Made by a program: the position numbers and the translations under genes. Positions 35,277 through 45,683 of a DNA stretch of 64,000 nt are shown here, piece after piece. How positions within the stretch are numbered: the stretch's first letter is position 1; each line of letters opens with the position of its first letter. The notes beneath the pieces are model-generated. The model was not told the origin of the DNA. It ran no database searches and saw only the letters and a program-made list of their open reading frames with translations. The stretch is taken from positions 310,001-374,000 of IMG/VR virus record IMGVR_UViG_3300036766_002289; one strand, given 5' to 3'.

Positions 35277-35921
35277 ATGTCAAATAATTTAGAACTTTTC
35301 GAGAAAATCAATGTTTTAGTAGAAAAAGCACCTGAAAATAGGCACAGTTACTACCAGTTGAAACACTTCATAATCGGTAAACAGCCTACCACACAATCAC
35401 AATTATGGCAATGCCTAACGGAATTACAATCCAGAAAAGAAACAATTGATAATTTAACCATGCAAGTAGAAGACTTACGTGATGATTTGCTACTTTTACA
35501 AATTAAGGAGTCTAAGGTCAAAGTCGTTTATAGCGAAGATGAGCAAGAAAAAGAAATTAAGCAGAGAAAAAGAGAAAGAAAAAGAGAATCAATTGTCAAA
35601 ACTATAAATAAACTAGAAAAACAACTTGAGTTCGTTGTGCAGGAAGCAAGATTTTTCGTACAGGCTTTTGAAGCTATAGAGGAAGTGGAAAAATTAAAGG
35701 ATTTTGATGATTACGATGCCCAAAAGGAACTTTGGGAAGCCAAGGTTTCAGAAGAAATCAATCTAAGGTTGCTATTCCATCAGCCTTTAAGTCCAGATAC
35801 TTTAAAAACTGCATTATCGCTTCACGATGAGTCTAGGGTTAAGAAAGAAGTTTTAAAAATGATAGAAGTTGTAGAAAAAGCGAATATTAAAATGTTAGGA
35901 ACTAAGAAAAAAGGGGAATAA
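35277..35921 (+). CDS. Coiled-coil hypothetical protein
   Basis: AAGGAG RBS; charged heptad composition. Confidence 0.75.
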   Translation: MSNNLELFEKINVLVEKAPENRHSYYQLKHFIIGKQPTTQSQLWQCLTELQSRKETIDNLTMQVEDLRDDLLLLQIKESKVKVVYSEDEQEKEIKQRKRERKRESIVKTINKLEKQLEFVVQEARFFVQAFEAIEEVEKLKDFDDYDAQKELWEAKVSEEINLRLLFHQPLSPDTLKTALSLHDESRVKKEVLKMIEVVEKANIKMLGTKKKGE

Positions 35922-36913
35922 TGAAGAATAAGCTTTCTTCGGGTGTAGACTATAAAAGTGGAACATTATCAGTATTTCCTAAAGGTAAAGATTCTAAACT
36001 AAACCTACATGAAGCCAAAAATAATGCCGAAGACGTACTTCGACAAACATTAGCCATCAATGGCAAAACCATGTTGTTGAATGACGCTAGTAAGTTCCCA
36101 AATAGTGGCATCATTAAAATAACCCCTGCCAGTTCAACAAATCTCCTAGATTCTTTCGAAGTCATCTTTTATGCCAAAAAGACTGGCAATCATTTATTGA
36201 TGCTGCATAGAGGCTATGGTGGTTCACCAATAAACACATGGCCTGCTGGCAGTAAGGTTTCTTGCCCATTAATGGCTGAGCATCACAACGTACTAAAAGA
36301 CGCTGTAATGCAAATTCAAAAGAAGATCGGGGAAAAAACTAATCCTTCTTCAGATTCAATCAATGGCATTTTGAATTATTTGGAAAATAAGTGGTTAGCC
36401 CCTAAGCCAGTTTTTAGGGCTTATCCGAGAATGGGACCAGCCCCTTTGCCTGTAACCTTTCACAACTTTTCTACTGGATTTGGTGGTAGATTCTTATGGG
36501 ATTTTGGAGATGGTACGAGTAGCACAGAGAAAAATCCCACACACATTTACCATGACGAAGGTAAATACAAAGTCAGGCTTACAGTCATTTCTGTCAATGG
36601 TTCACAAGGATTAACAGAAAAAGGCGATTACGTTGAAGTTAACAATGAGCAACTTCCTTCATTTTTTTATGTTACACCTTTACAAGGTTCTATAACAACA
36701 GAATTTGAATTAGTAGATCAAAGTGACGGTGACATAGCAGAGCGTCATTGGTTTTTTGGTGATGGTACAGACGTTACCGTTAGCAATCCTAATATCCACT
36801 CTGTTATACATCGTTATGAAAAAGAAGGTAATTACATTCCTTCACTGATGATAAGACTAGCGAACAACAAAACAAAGAGAGTACATTTGCCAGAAGGAAT
36901 TATAGTAATATGA
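35921..36913 (+). CDS. PKD-domain virion protein
   Basis: WDFGDGTSSTEKNPTHIY, WFFGDG. Confidence 0.8.
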   Translation: MKNKLSSGVDYKSGTLSVFPKGKDSKLNLHEAKNNAEDVLRQTLAINGKTMLLNDASKFPNSGIIKITPASSTNLLDSFEVIFYAKKTGNHLLMLHRGYGGSPINTWPAGSKVSCPLMAEHHNVLKDAVMQIQKKIGEKTNPSSDSINGILNYLENKWLAPKPVFRAYPRMGPAPLPVTFHNFSTGFGGRFLWDFGDGTSSTEKNPTHIYHDEGKYKVRLTVISVNGSQGLTEKGDYVEVNNEQLPSFFYVTPLQGSITTEFELVDQSDGDIAERHWFFGDGTDVTVSNPNIHSVIHRYEKEGNYIPSLMIRLANNKTKRVHLPEGIIVI

Positions 36914-39015
36914 GTTATCCGTTTAAGTTTGATACAGATTCTGAACTATACTTGGTAAAAGACGCTTTAATAGTGCCATTAAGTGTGGACCATCATCCTG
37001 GGCAAAACATGATTATTGCGGATGGAGACATAAGTAAATTCCCACTAAAAGGCATTATAACTCTCGTTGACCAAGACAGTCCAGCACATGAAAGAGCAGT
37101 GTCTTTTCATTATGGTCGTAGAACAAGTAGAGAATTTTTGGACTTGGAATTAACAGATAACTCTGTTGATTGTTTCAAACCTAGAAAATTCACCGTGATT
37201 ACTATGCAGGTAATGCGAGAACACCGTGAAGCAATCAAAAATGCCATTTTTGAAATAGAAAAATTCTTAGGCCCAAAACATAAAGTAGATACTGAACCTA
37301 ACGGAGATACTATATTCGGAAGGATTAACTTTTTAAGAAAAATACTATTTGCCCCTAAAGCATGGTTTGAAGCTGACAAGGTAACTGGAGCAGCACCTTT
37401 TACTGTAAATTTTACATTCACTGGTACTGGCAATACGGGACCAGTGGGAGATGTATTATATATATGGAATTTTGGTGGTGATGATGAAACACAAACCACT
37501 GAACCTAAAATAGAAAAACTGTTCTTAGACGCTGGCAATAAAACAATATCACTGACTATTAAAAATGAGTATGGTGAAGATTCAGTATCTTTCCCAGATA
37601 TGATTAAGGTCAAAGGTCAAGCACCAGAACAAGCCCTTATTAGATTTTCGCCACAACAGCAGCAGCTTAATTTCATGCAAAATGATGTTATGCCTAAGAT
37701 CAGAACACAGATTCGCCAGCCAGTGACAATCGAAATACCACAAAAAATGGTAAGTGATAAAAGAACTTTTGCTGGGGAAATGATCGACCCCAATACTTCA
37801 AGGGTGGCAGATGCGATTACAAATTATACATGGAATTTAGGTGACGACTTACCACATGCAAATTCGCCAAAGACTAAAGCACTATACAGTGTGGGTGGAT
37901 TGTATGATTTAGTGGTCAGGACTGATACTGCGTCTGGAACTCACAGAACTACTGTTTATCCTAACGCAATAGATGTTGTAGAATCTGTCAATTTATGGTT
38001 ATGGACTATCAACAATACTGCAATTAGGTCACATGAATTTGGACTTTTAAGCGAAGTGTTTAAAACTTCCAGCAACACTTCAGAGATCGAAATAAATGAT
38101 TCTTTTATCGACATGCCCCACACCAGAGAAAAATTTGAGTTCTGGCGTAATAATGGCTCGGCAAAAAAGAATGAAATGAAATCTGGACAGGGTGGTGATT
38201 TACTAATGTATTGGGCAAGTGGTAGGGACAAAGGATACGACCCAATTGCAGAAAAGATCAATTTCACCCAATATAATGGATTCGCAGACACTTATACTAC
38301 CAAAGATTCCATCCCAGGCAAGCCTTGGAATTGGGTGTCTTTAGCTAGCAACAGTAAAATATACTTTATTCTTGGTGGCAGTCTTAATGGGCCTATGCCC
38401 ACTTTATCAATGACTAGTCAAACAAAAAGTACTTATGACATGGATTCTTCAACAATCATCAATGAAGAAATTGAATATAGGAACTACAAAAATGGTGCGC
38501 ACGATCTAATGAAACATCCTGATGTTTTTGATTCAAATTTTGACGCCGCACATGGTTATTTTGCTGCTTACAGGACAGCCTGGAAAAACAATACAGGATA
38601 CATAATCAGGAATTCATCTTTAGGCGAATACTTCTCTTTCCATGATTTTTACAGAACAGAAGGCACAATCGGTTTACCTTGTCAAAACATAGTGAAGCTG
38701 CCAAATTTACCTGGCGATAACCATAAAGACGGCGATTTAGTAGCATTGAATAAAGGCATATACTTCTTTAACAATTCTGGAATGACTTACTGTTTTGACG
38801 GGTCCGCTGGTACTTGGGAGCTAGTGACACCGCATAATAAGGTGGCTATCAATGACTTGGATGGTTTGATGGCAACCTCCGACTTGGATTCTAAGGCTTA
38901 TATGGTTTTGGAAGGTGTTAATAACGGATTTATTAAATTCAACGAACTAGATATGTCTTATACAACATTGAATCAAAAACCACTAGATAAACAGTGGCAC
39001 ATCACACTTTTTTAA
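36910..39015 (+). CDS. PKD-domain virion/fibre protein
   Basis: GAAPFTVNF, WNFGG, WNLGD. Confidence 0.75.
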   Translation: MSYPFKFDTDSELYLVKDALIVPLSVDHHPGQNMIIADGDISKFPLKGIITLVDQDSPAHERAVSFHYGRRTSREFLDLELTDNSVDCFKPRKFTVITMQVMREHREAIKNAIFEIEKFLGPKHKVDTEPNGDTIFGRINFLRKILFAPKAWFEADKVTGAAPFTVNFTFTGTGNTGPVGDVLYIWNFGGDDETQTTEPKIEKLFLDAGNKTISLTIKNEYGEDSVSFPDMIKVKGQAPEQALIRFSPQQQQLNFMQNDVMPKIRTQIRQPVTIEIPQKMVSDKRTFAGEMIDPNTSRVADAITNYTWNLGDDLPHANSPKTKALYSVGGLYDLVVRTDTASGTHRTTVYPNAIDVVESVNLWLWTINNTAIRSHEFGLLSEVFKTSSNTSEIEINDSFIDMPHTREKFEFWRNNGSAKKNEMKSGQGGDLLMYWASGRDKGYDPIAEKINFTQYNGFADTYTTKDSIPGKPWNWVSLASNSKIYFILGGSLNGPMPTLSMTSQTKSTYDMDSSTIINEEIEYRNYKNGAHDLMKHPDVFDSNFDAAHGYFAAYRTAWKNNTGYIIRNSSLGEYFSFHDFYRTEGTIGLPCQNIVKLPNLPGDNHKDGDLVALNKGIYFFNNSGMTYCFDGSAGTWELVTPHNKVAINDLDGLMATSDLDSKAYMVLEGVNNGFIKFNELDMSYTTLNQKPLDKQWHITLF

Positions 39016-39043
39016 GTCGGATATATAATACATAAAGGAGAAG

Positions 39044-42000
39044 ATGCCAAAGGCAATCCCAAAACCAGTATACCCAATTGCTTTAGATTCAAATTACACT
39101 CTATTTAGCACACATAATAGTGCGCAAACTCTCCTTGCCAAAGATTTAAGCATTACCAGTGATGTAATAGAAATCTATCCTAAGAGTGCTAATGATGCCG
39201 ATGTTTGGGCCGAAAATGGTTTTGTCACGATTGAGAAAGAAATTATCTACTATGACAGTGTTACCAAAGATAAAAACAGCAAAATAACCCAATTAAAAGA
39301 CTGCATAAGGGGAGTAGAAGGAGAAGTTAAAGCGTATGTCTCTGGCACTGCTATTTACGCAAACGTCGTTGCCCAATTACATAACCAATTAGTGGATGCA
39401 ATCGTAGCCATAGAAAGCACAATTGGTGATATTTCTGACATGCTGAAGGTTGGAAATGACCTCAAAACACAGCAAAAAGTCAGAAAAAACCTTGTGCCTA
39501 AAAACATGGCAATGACTCAAATGGACACAGCCTTTACTGCGTCATTGCATCAGAATTTAACCGCGATGCTAGGTTGCGCTCCAGTTCCAGATGATGCTTG
39601 CCCAGATGTGGAATTTGAATTCAACATTCTAGGTTCTACTGCTGAGTATTGTGTAAGAATTTTTGGAGATTATACAGCATTTGAAGTCGATTTTGGTGAT
39701 GGTAATTCAACTACAACTCAATTGTCTGGCACCATAACATTCAATGGAGGTAATCCCACAGTAACAGTCACAACCCCAACATGCACCCTTGTACAAATGC
39801 CGACAACTCCAGATGGTTGCGAAGCACCAGTATTGCCTAATCCTTCAATTCCTTTTGTAATTGCGGTACCGTTTATACCAGATTGGCCTGGCTTTACTCC
39901 AAACAAGAATATATGTCCAGGTCCATTGTTCAGTTTGCCACCAATTCAGTTTCCTAAATCTGAACTATGTTCTGTAATACCTAGTACATGCATCCCAAGT
40001 GTAATTATTTCTGTTATAGAATCCTGCAAGACCCCACAGATCATCAGAATTGTCAGTCCTTGTAGAATCAGCATTATATCCTTAGTAGGATGTGAATTGC
40101 CTAGCATTATATCCCTAGTAGGGTGCTGTCCGCCTAGTATAATCAGTGTAATTGCACCTAGTTTTAATTGCATAAGTTTCTGTCAGGTTCCAAGTTTTGA
40201 ATGCATAAGTTTTTGCCAAGTCCCAAGCTTTGACTGCATAAGTTTTTGTATGCCGCCGAGCATGGCCCCTGTTAGTTTTGCACCATTCCCAAGCATTGGT
40301 ACTGTGTCTTTTGATGTTGCTATAAGCCTAAGCCCATTATGCTTCTGCGAACCACCGAGTTTTGCACCTATTAGCTTTACTCCGTTCCCAAATATTAGCG
40401 CTGTATCGTTTGATGTTAATGTCGCATTGAGCTTAAGCCCAATATGCTTCTGTGAACCGCCAATTATTAGTTTTGCTCCATTCCCAAGCATAGGCGCTGT
40501 ATCTTTTGATGTTGCTATAAGCTTAAGTCCATTATGCTTCTGCGAACCACCGAGTTTTGAGAAGATAAGTTTTGCTGAATTCCCGAGCGTTGGGAAAATA
40601 TCATTCGATATCGCTGTTGAATTGAGTTTGAGTCCAATATGTTTTTGTGACCCACCTAGTTTTGTGTGTATTGATTTTTGCACTCCACCAAGTTTTGGGA
40701 TTGTTAGCTTTGCTCCGTTTCCAAGTATAGGGGCTGTATCATTTGATGTTAATGTCGCACTGAGCCTAAGTCCAGTATGTTTCTGTGAACCACCTAGTTT
40801 TGCAGCTATTAGCTTTAATCCGTTCCCAAGCATAGGTGCGGTATCGTTTGATGTAATGCTTAGTTTGACTCCGTTGTGTTTCTGTGAACCACCTAGTTTT
40901 GCAGCTATTAGCTTTGCGCCGTTCCCAATCATAGGCCAAGTGTCATTTGATGTTGCTATAAGTCTAAGCCCATTATGTTTCTGTGAGCCACCAAGTTTTC
41001 AGTGCATTAGTTTTTGTCCACCACCTAATTTCGACCAAGTAAGTTTCGCACCTATAAGTTTTACTTCTTTCCCGAGCATTGGGACTGTATCGTTTGACGT
41101 TGCTATAAGTCTAAGCCCATTATGTTTCTGTGAGCCACCGAGTTTTTCTCAAATTAGTTTTGCACCATTCCCAAGTATAGGGATGGTGTCTTTTGACGTT
41201 CTCCTAAACGCAAGTTTGACTCCAATATGTTTCTGTGAGCCGCCAAGTTTCCAATGTATTAGTTTCTGCCATGTGCCTAGTTTTGATGTTGTTAGTTTTA
41301 CTACACCACCAAGCTTCCACTGTGTAAGTTTCTGTGAACCACCAAGCTTTAGCTTGATAAATTTTGCTACACCACCGAGCATTGTACCGATTAGCTTTGC
41401 ACCATTCCCGAGCATTGGGACTGTATCCTTTGATGTTGCTTTGAACGCAAGTATAAGTCCTATATGTTTTTGCGAACCACCGAGTTTTTCACTTATTAGT
41501 TTTGCACCATTCCCAAGCTTGGGGGTAGTATCTTTCGATGTGCTTTTAAATTTGAGCCTAAGTCCAATATGTTTCTGTGAAGTGCCAAGCTTTGCATGTA
41601 TTAGTTTTTGTGAATTCCCAAGCATTGGCAAAGTATCTTTTGATGTTTTATTAAGTTTAAGTCCAGTTAGTTTTACTACGCCACCAAGCTTCCATTGTGT
41701 AAGTTTCTGTGAGCCACCAAGCTTCCATTGTGTAAGTTTCTGTGAGCCACCAAGCTTCCATTGTGTAAGTTTCTGTGAGCCACCAAGCTTTAGTTTAGTA
41801 AATTTTAATGCACCGCCAAGTTTTGCACTTGTTAGCTTTGCTCCATTTCCAGAAATTGGCAAGGTTTCATTCGACGTTATGTTGAATGCTAGTTTAAGTC
41901 CAGTATGTTTCTGTGAACCACCAAGCTTTGAATGCATAAGTTTCTGTCCTACTCCAAACTTTAACTTAGTGAGTTTTACTACTCCACCAAGTTTTCAATG

Positions 42001-43378
42001 TATAAGTTTTTGTGAGCCGCCAAGCTTTGGATGTGTGAGTTTTTGCGCACCACCAAGTTTTAGCTTAGTAGGATTTACTGCTCCACCAAGTATTGCACCT
42101 ATTAGTTTTGCTCCGTTCCCAACAGTATCAACAGTGTCATTTGACGTTATTGTAGACTTAAGTTTGAGTCCAATATGTTTCTGCGAACGACCGAGCTTTG
42201 ATGCCATAAGCTTTGCCCCATTCCCAAGTATTGGTGCTGTATCTTTCGATGTTGCATTAAACTTAAGTTTAACTCCAATATGTTTTTGTGAGCCACCGAG
42301 CTTTAGTTGTGTAAGTTTCTGTACCCCAAGCTTTAACTTGGTGAGTTTCGCCACTTTGAGTTTTGATAAAGTATCATTTACAGTACCAAGCTTCGCTTGT
42401 GTAAGTTTTTGCAGCCCACCAAGCTTTGAGAAAATAAGTTTTACTGAATTCCCAAGTGTTGGTAAAGTATCGTTCGATATTGCAGTAGACTTAAGTTTAA
42501 GTTCTATATGTTTCTGTGACCCACCAGTTTTTCAGTGTGTCAGTTTCTGTCCACCACCATCATTTAATGATGTAAAGTTTGACGTTGCACTAAATTTAAG
42601 CTTAACTCCAGTATGTTTTTGTGAGCCACCGAGCTTTGATTGCATAAGTTTTTGTGAGCCACCAGATTTTGATTGCGTAAGTTTTTGTCCTGTGCCGAGC
42701 TTCGATTGTATAAGTTTCTGCACACCACCAACTTTTGCACCTATAAGTTTTACAACCCCAAGTTTTGGGCTTATTAGTTTTGATAAGCCACCGACTATAA
42801 GTGTTGTATGGGGAACACCGCCGCCATTATCGTGTACTGTGACTGTGGCGTGCCCATCGTCTTCAGGGTTTAGTAGTCCTAATCCATTTGGAAGTGCTGC
42901 ACCTCAAACAGATTCTGATTTTAGTGAAGATTTTGACATGAATGTACCTCTCACTTATAAAGACTTAGGTATACCAGAAGAAATTAGGCTTATAGGCCCT
43001 GACTTGCCTAGAGAAATATTTATTAGGGGTATAATTCCTGATGAAATTACAATCAAGGGAGATATACCAAGAAGCATTGAAGTTCATTCTGATATACCGC
43101 ATAAGATCATGTTGGATGCAACGGATGTACCTAGAAAGATCATGGTAGAGATGGCCCCTAATTTCCCATCCACATTAAGAATGGATGTTACGCACACTCT
43201 ACAGGTCACAGGGATACCAAAATCTATAGAAATAATTGAAAATATTCCTAGAACTATTCAATTATTGATGCCAGAGAATCCAGTAGTTGAATTGAAATTC
43301 AATCAGGTGGATATAGAACTGAAACCAAGTGCGGACCTAGAAAAAATGTTTTCTAATTTAATGATCCCGCTTAAATAA
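39044..43378 (+). CDS. 1444-aa fibre-like protein with long Cys/Pro/Phe/Ser repeat region
   Basis: Dozens of PPSFxCISFC and FPSIGxVSFDVxxxLSPxCFCE units. Confidence 0.85.
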   Translation: MPKAIPKPVYPIALDSNYTLFSTHNSAQTLLAKDLSITSDVIEIYPKSANDADVWAENGFVTIEKEIIYYDSVTKDKNSKITQLKDCIRGVEGEVKAYVSGTAIYANVVAQLHNQLVDAIVAIESTIGDISDMLKVGNDLKTQQKVRKNLVPKNMAMTQMDTAFTASLHQNLTAMLGCAPVPDDACPDVEFEFNILGSTAEYCVRIFGDYTAFEVDFGDGNSTTTQLSGTITFNGGNPTVTVTTPTCTLVQMPTTPDGCEAPVLPNPSIPFVIAVPFIPDWPGFTPNKNICPGPLFSLPPIQFPKSELCSVIPSTCIPSVIISVIESCKTPQIIRIVSPCRISIISLVGCELPSIISLVGCCPPSIISVIAPSFNCISFCQVPSFECISFCQVPSFDCISFCMPPSMAPVSFAPFPSIGTVSFDVAISLSPLCFCEPPSFAPISFTPFPNISAVSFDVNVALSLSPICFCEPPIISFAPFPSIGAVSFDVAISLSPLCFCEPPSFEKISFAEFPSVGKISFDIAVELSLSPICFCDPPSFVCIDFCTPPSFGIVSFAPFPSIGAVSFDVNVALSLSPVCFCEPPSFAAISFNPFPSIGAVSFDVMLSLTPLCFCEPPSFAAISFAPFPIIGQVSFDVAISLSPLCFCEPPSFQCISFCPPPNFDQVSFAPISFTSFPSIGTVSFDVAISLSPLCFCEPPSFSQISFAPFPSIGMVSFDVLLNASLTPICFCEPPSFQCISFCHVPSFDVVSFTTPPSFHCVSFCEPPSFSLINFATPPSIVPISFAPFPSIGTVSFDVALNASISPICFCEPPSFSLISFAPFPSLGVVSFDVLLNLSLSPICFCEVPSFACISFCEFPSIGKVSFDVLLSLSPVSFTTPPSFHCVSFCEPPSFHCVSFCEPPSFHCVSFCEPPSFSLVNFNAPPSFALVSFAPFPEIGKVSFDVMLNASLSPVCFCEPPSFECISFCPTPNFNLVSFTTPPSFQCISFCEPPSFGCVSFCAPPSFSLVGFTAPPSIAPISFAPFPTVSTVSFDVIVDLSLSPICFCERPSFDAISFAPFPSIGAVSFDVALNLSLTPICFCEPPSFSCVSFCTPSFNLVSFATLSFDKVSFTVPSFACVSFCSPPSFEKISFTEFPSVGKVSFDIAVDLSLSSICFCDPPVFQCVSFCPPPSFNDVKFDVALNLSLTPVCFCEPPSFDCISFCEPPDFDCVSFCPVPSFDCISFCTPPTFAPISFTTPSFGLISFDKPPTISVVWGTPPPLSCTVTVACPSSSGFSSPNPFGSAAPQTDSDFSEDFDMNVPLTYKDLGIPEEIRLIGPDLPREIFIRGIIPDEITIKGDIPRSIEVHSDIPHKIMLDATDVPRKIMVEMAPNFPSTLRMDVTHTLQVTGIPKSIEIIENIPRTIQLLMPENPVVELKFNQVDIELKPSADLEKMFSNLMIPLK
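41681..41790 (+). repeat. Exact 33-bp tandem repeat x3.3 (PPSFHCVSFCE)
   Basis: ccaccaagcttccattgtgtaagtttctgtgag. Confidence 0.95.
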
Positions 43379-43380
43379 TT

Positions 43381-44211
43381 ATGAAAATAAAAAAGCATAG
43401 AAATAAAAACGATTACGCGCTTGCTAATAGTGGCGTTTGGGTAAGAGATTTTACTAAACCTTTAATCAGAAGTTTAGATATAAACAATCTAATTTCAATT
43501 CCAGACATGCAAATCATGTTAGAAAATGAAATTAAGAATCATGATAAACTATATCAAAAAATAGAGACGGAAGATTTCAATCATGATAAAATTGTAATTA
43601 TTGGAGATGGTTATAAACAAAAAGAAAAACAAAAACTACTAGAAAGCTTGCCTGCCGATGTTCTGGTCATAGGTGTGAATAAGGCATTTGCCATGTGGGA
43701 ATGTAATCACCGTTTAAATTACTATGTAGTTAACAACCCTTACGATGAATGTTTATTCTATTACCCGCCTTCTGTAAAATATTGGCCAAAATGTATTGCC
43801 TCCACGAGGACAAATCCAGACTTTTTAAGGAATTATCGTGGGACGACTTACTTATACAATCCAGTGCCTGATGAAATTTATAGTGGTATTAGGACTGAGA
43901 GTAATTATTTTGTGGACGATTATAGAAATCCAGTTTGTGCAGCACTATGCTTGGCTTATAAGTTTAAAGTTAAGAAACTCTTACTACTATCATTGCTGGA
44001 CTTATATGAAGAAGAACGGCCAGGGACAGAACAGCATAAAGGTTTATGGATTTATCCACAACAAAAAACTGCGCAGTCTATAATTGATGCTAATTTATAT
44101 TGGTTACAAAAAGCAAAAATTAGCGTAACTTACAATGATAGCGGCCCAGATTATGAGTTTGCTTCATATATAACCGATAGCGAGGTCAAAGGATATTTCA
44201 ATGTCAAATAA
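43381..44211 (+). CDS. Rossmann-like protein, possibly glycosyltransferase-related
   Basis: IVIIGDG...VIGVNKA...ALCLAY. Confidence 0.45.
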   Translation: MKIKKHRNKNDYALANSGVWVRDFTKPLIRSLDINNLISIPDMQIMLENEIKNHDKLYQKIETEDFNHDKIVIIGDGYKQKEKQKLLESLPADVLVIGVNKAFAMWECNHRLNYYVVNNPYDECLFYYPPSVKYWPKCIASTRTNPDFLRNYRGTTYLYNPVPDEIYSGIRTESNYFVDDYRNPVCAALCLAYKFKVKKLLLLSLLDLYEEERPGTEQHKGLWIYPQQKTAQSIIDANLYWLQKAKISVTYNDSGPDYEFASYITDSEVKGYFNVK

Positions 44212-44524
44212 AGATGAGGGGAAGGAACCTAACTTTTCATTGAACGATTTTAGGAAATGGGTTGGGAAGCAAAAGCGTGAATCCAGGTCTATAAAGTCAA
44301 AGTATAAGGGTTCCATTATTGAGTCCAGATTGAGTCTTAAAAGGCTTGTAACTAAAATGGACGTAGATCAAGGTGAACTCTTTGAAATGGCGAAGGATTT
44401 CAAGCGTAGAGGTGGTACGATTCTGGAATGTGACGGCGATAATATCTTATTGGTAGAAGTACGGTCAGGCACTTTTAGAATCCCAAAATTGTTCGTTACT
44501 ATTTTGTCTAGTTTTGGGGAGTGA
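44201..44524 (+). CDS. Hypothetical protein
   Basis: AGGA RBS, overlapping operon. Confidence 0.7.
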   Translation: MSNKDEGKEPNFSLNDFRKWVGKQKRESRSIKSKYKGSIIESRLSLKRLVTKMDVDQGELFEMAKDFKRRGGTILECDGDNILLVEVRSGTFRIPKLFVTILSSFGE

Positions 44525-44648
44525 GCGATCCATCAACACTTTAAAAAGAATCTCTATTACCATTTTACTATGATAATCCAGTGGCTGTAATTCTTCAAAA
44601 AAACTACAGAAACTTTCGTGTATAGACTTACGATTATCGGGGATATTC

Positions 44649-44957
44649 ATGGCAGTACCTTTATTTGAATATATATCTATAAAAAACAAGTATTGTATTG
44701 GTTATTTTGGCAGTGACAAATCTTTGATCTCTGACCTATTAAAAGCAAGAAAGGTTATAGAAAAAGATTTCCCTGGTTTACAGGTATACATCGCTTGCAA
44801 AGACGAGATGCTTGATTTAGTCAAGGGAGTTAAAAACATAATTTTGGAATCAGTAATGTCTAGTTTTACTGGCAAAGTTGCATATTTACGTATTTTGGAA
44901 GAAAAAGGTGACTTAATTAAGATTTTAGAAGAGTCAAATATTAAAGTAGATGCATAG
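44649..44957 (+). CDS. Hypothetical protein
   Basis: ORF. Confidence 0.6.
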   Translation: MAVPLFEYISIKNKYCIGYFGSDKSLISDLLKARKVIEKDFPGLQVYIACKDEMLDLVKGVKNIILESVMSSFTGKVAYLRILEEKGDLIKILEESNIKVDA

Positions 44958-45003
44958 ATACACTCTAGACAGATAGACCCACATAACAAGGAGTCAGTTT
45001 AAA

Positions 45004-45609
45004 ATGAGTGTATTTAAAGTAAAATTACAGAACCCACCATGCCAGGGTAACTTGGACCTTGATCCAACGGGTGCTAATTCACAAACAAACTTTTTGGGCA
45101 ATCCGTTCGTTGTAAGTAAGCAGCGTACAATGTTTTGCACAGGCCCAAATTTAATTTACCGTGAACTAAATGACGGAGACGTTTTCACAGATTGTAACTA
45201 TTGGCTAAGATTTAACGTAGCAGACGACCCATGCCACGGTTTTATCGAAGTATTGTTCAATGACGGTAGCATCTTCTCAGATGTTGCTTCGGAAAATACT
45301 TTCCCAACTATTTACTCACCTTACAACGTCCTTACAACAGATACGTTCGCTACTAACTCCATCGACATTCTTGGTGGACTTGGCGGTGCAGCCATCTTCG
45401 TAGAAATGACGAACAATGGTACCATTGCAAATCAGGACATTAAGGTACAGCTAAACGGTTCTTCAAGCGCAGTAATGACTCTAGCACATGGAGCCACCCA
45501 GATATTCAATGCTGGCGACCTCTCCATTACTAAGCTCGCCTTCTTAGGCGGTGTAGCAAATACTACTCTACAGATCATCTTGTCTGTAAACGTTGTATGC
45601 AACAGCTAA
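45004..45609 (+). CDS. Hypothetical, probably structural beta-rich protein
   Basis: AAGGAG RBS, own terminator. Confidence 0.7.
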   Translation: MSVFKVKLQNPPCQGNLDLDPTGANSQTNFLGNPFVVSKQRTMFCTGPNLIYRELNDGDVFTDCNYWLRFNVADDPCHGFIEVLFNDGSIFSDVASENTFPTIYSPYNVLTTDTFATNSIDILGGLGGAAIFVEMTNNGTIANQDIKVQLNGSSSAVMTLAHGATQIFNAGDLSITKLAFLGGVANTTLQIILSVNVVCNS

Positions 45610-45628
45610 TATAAAACGCAATTACAGC

Positions 45629-45667
45629 AAACCCAAGCTATGAAAAATAGCTTGGGTTTTATTTTTT
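45629..45667 (+). terminator. Intrinsic terminator
   Basis: AAACCCAAGCTAT-gaaaa-ATAGCTTGGGTTTT followed by T tract. Confidence 0.85.
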
Positions 45668-45683
45668 GACACTCATTTAAATC

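Noticed and set aside
39718-42723. Long minus-strand ORFs with KLGGSQK repeats
   Set aside because: Antisense shadows of the repeat protein.
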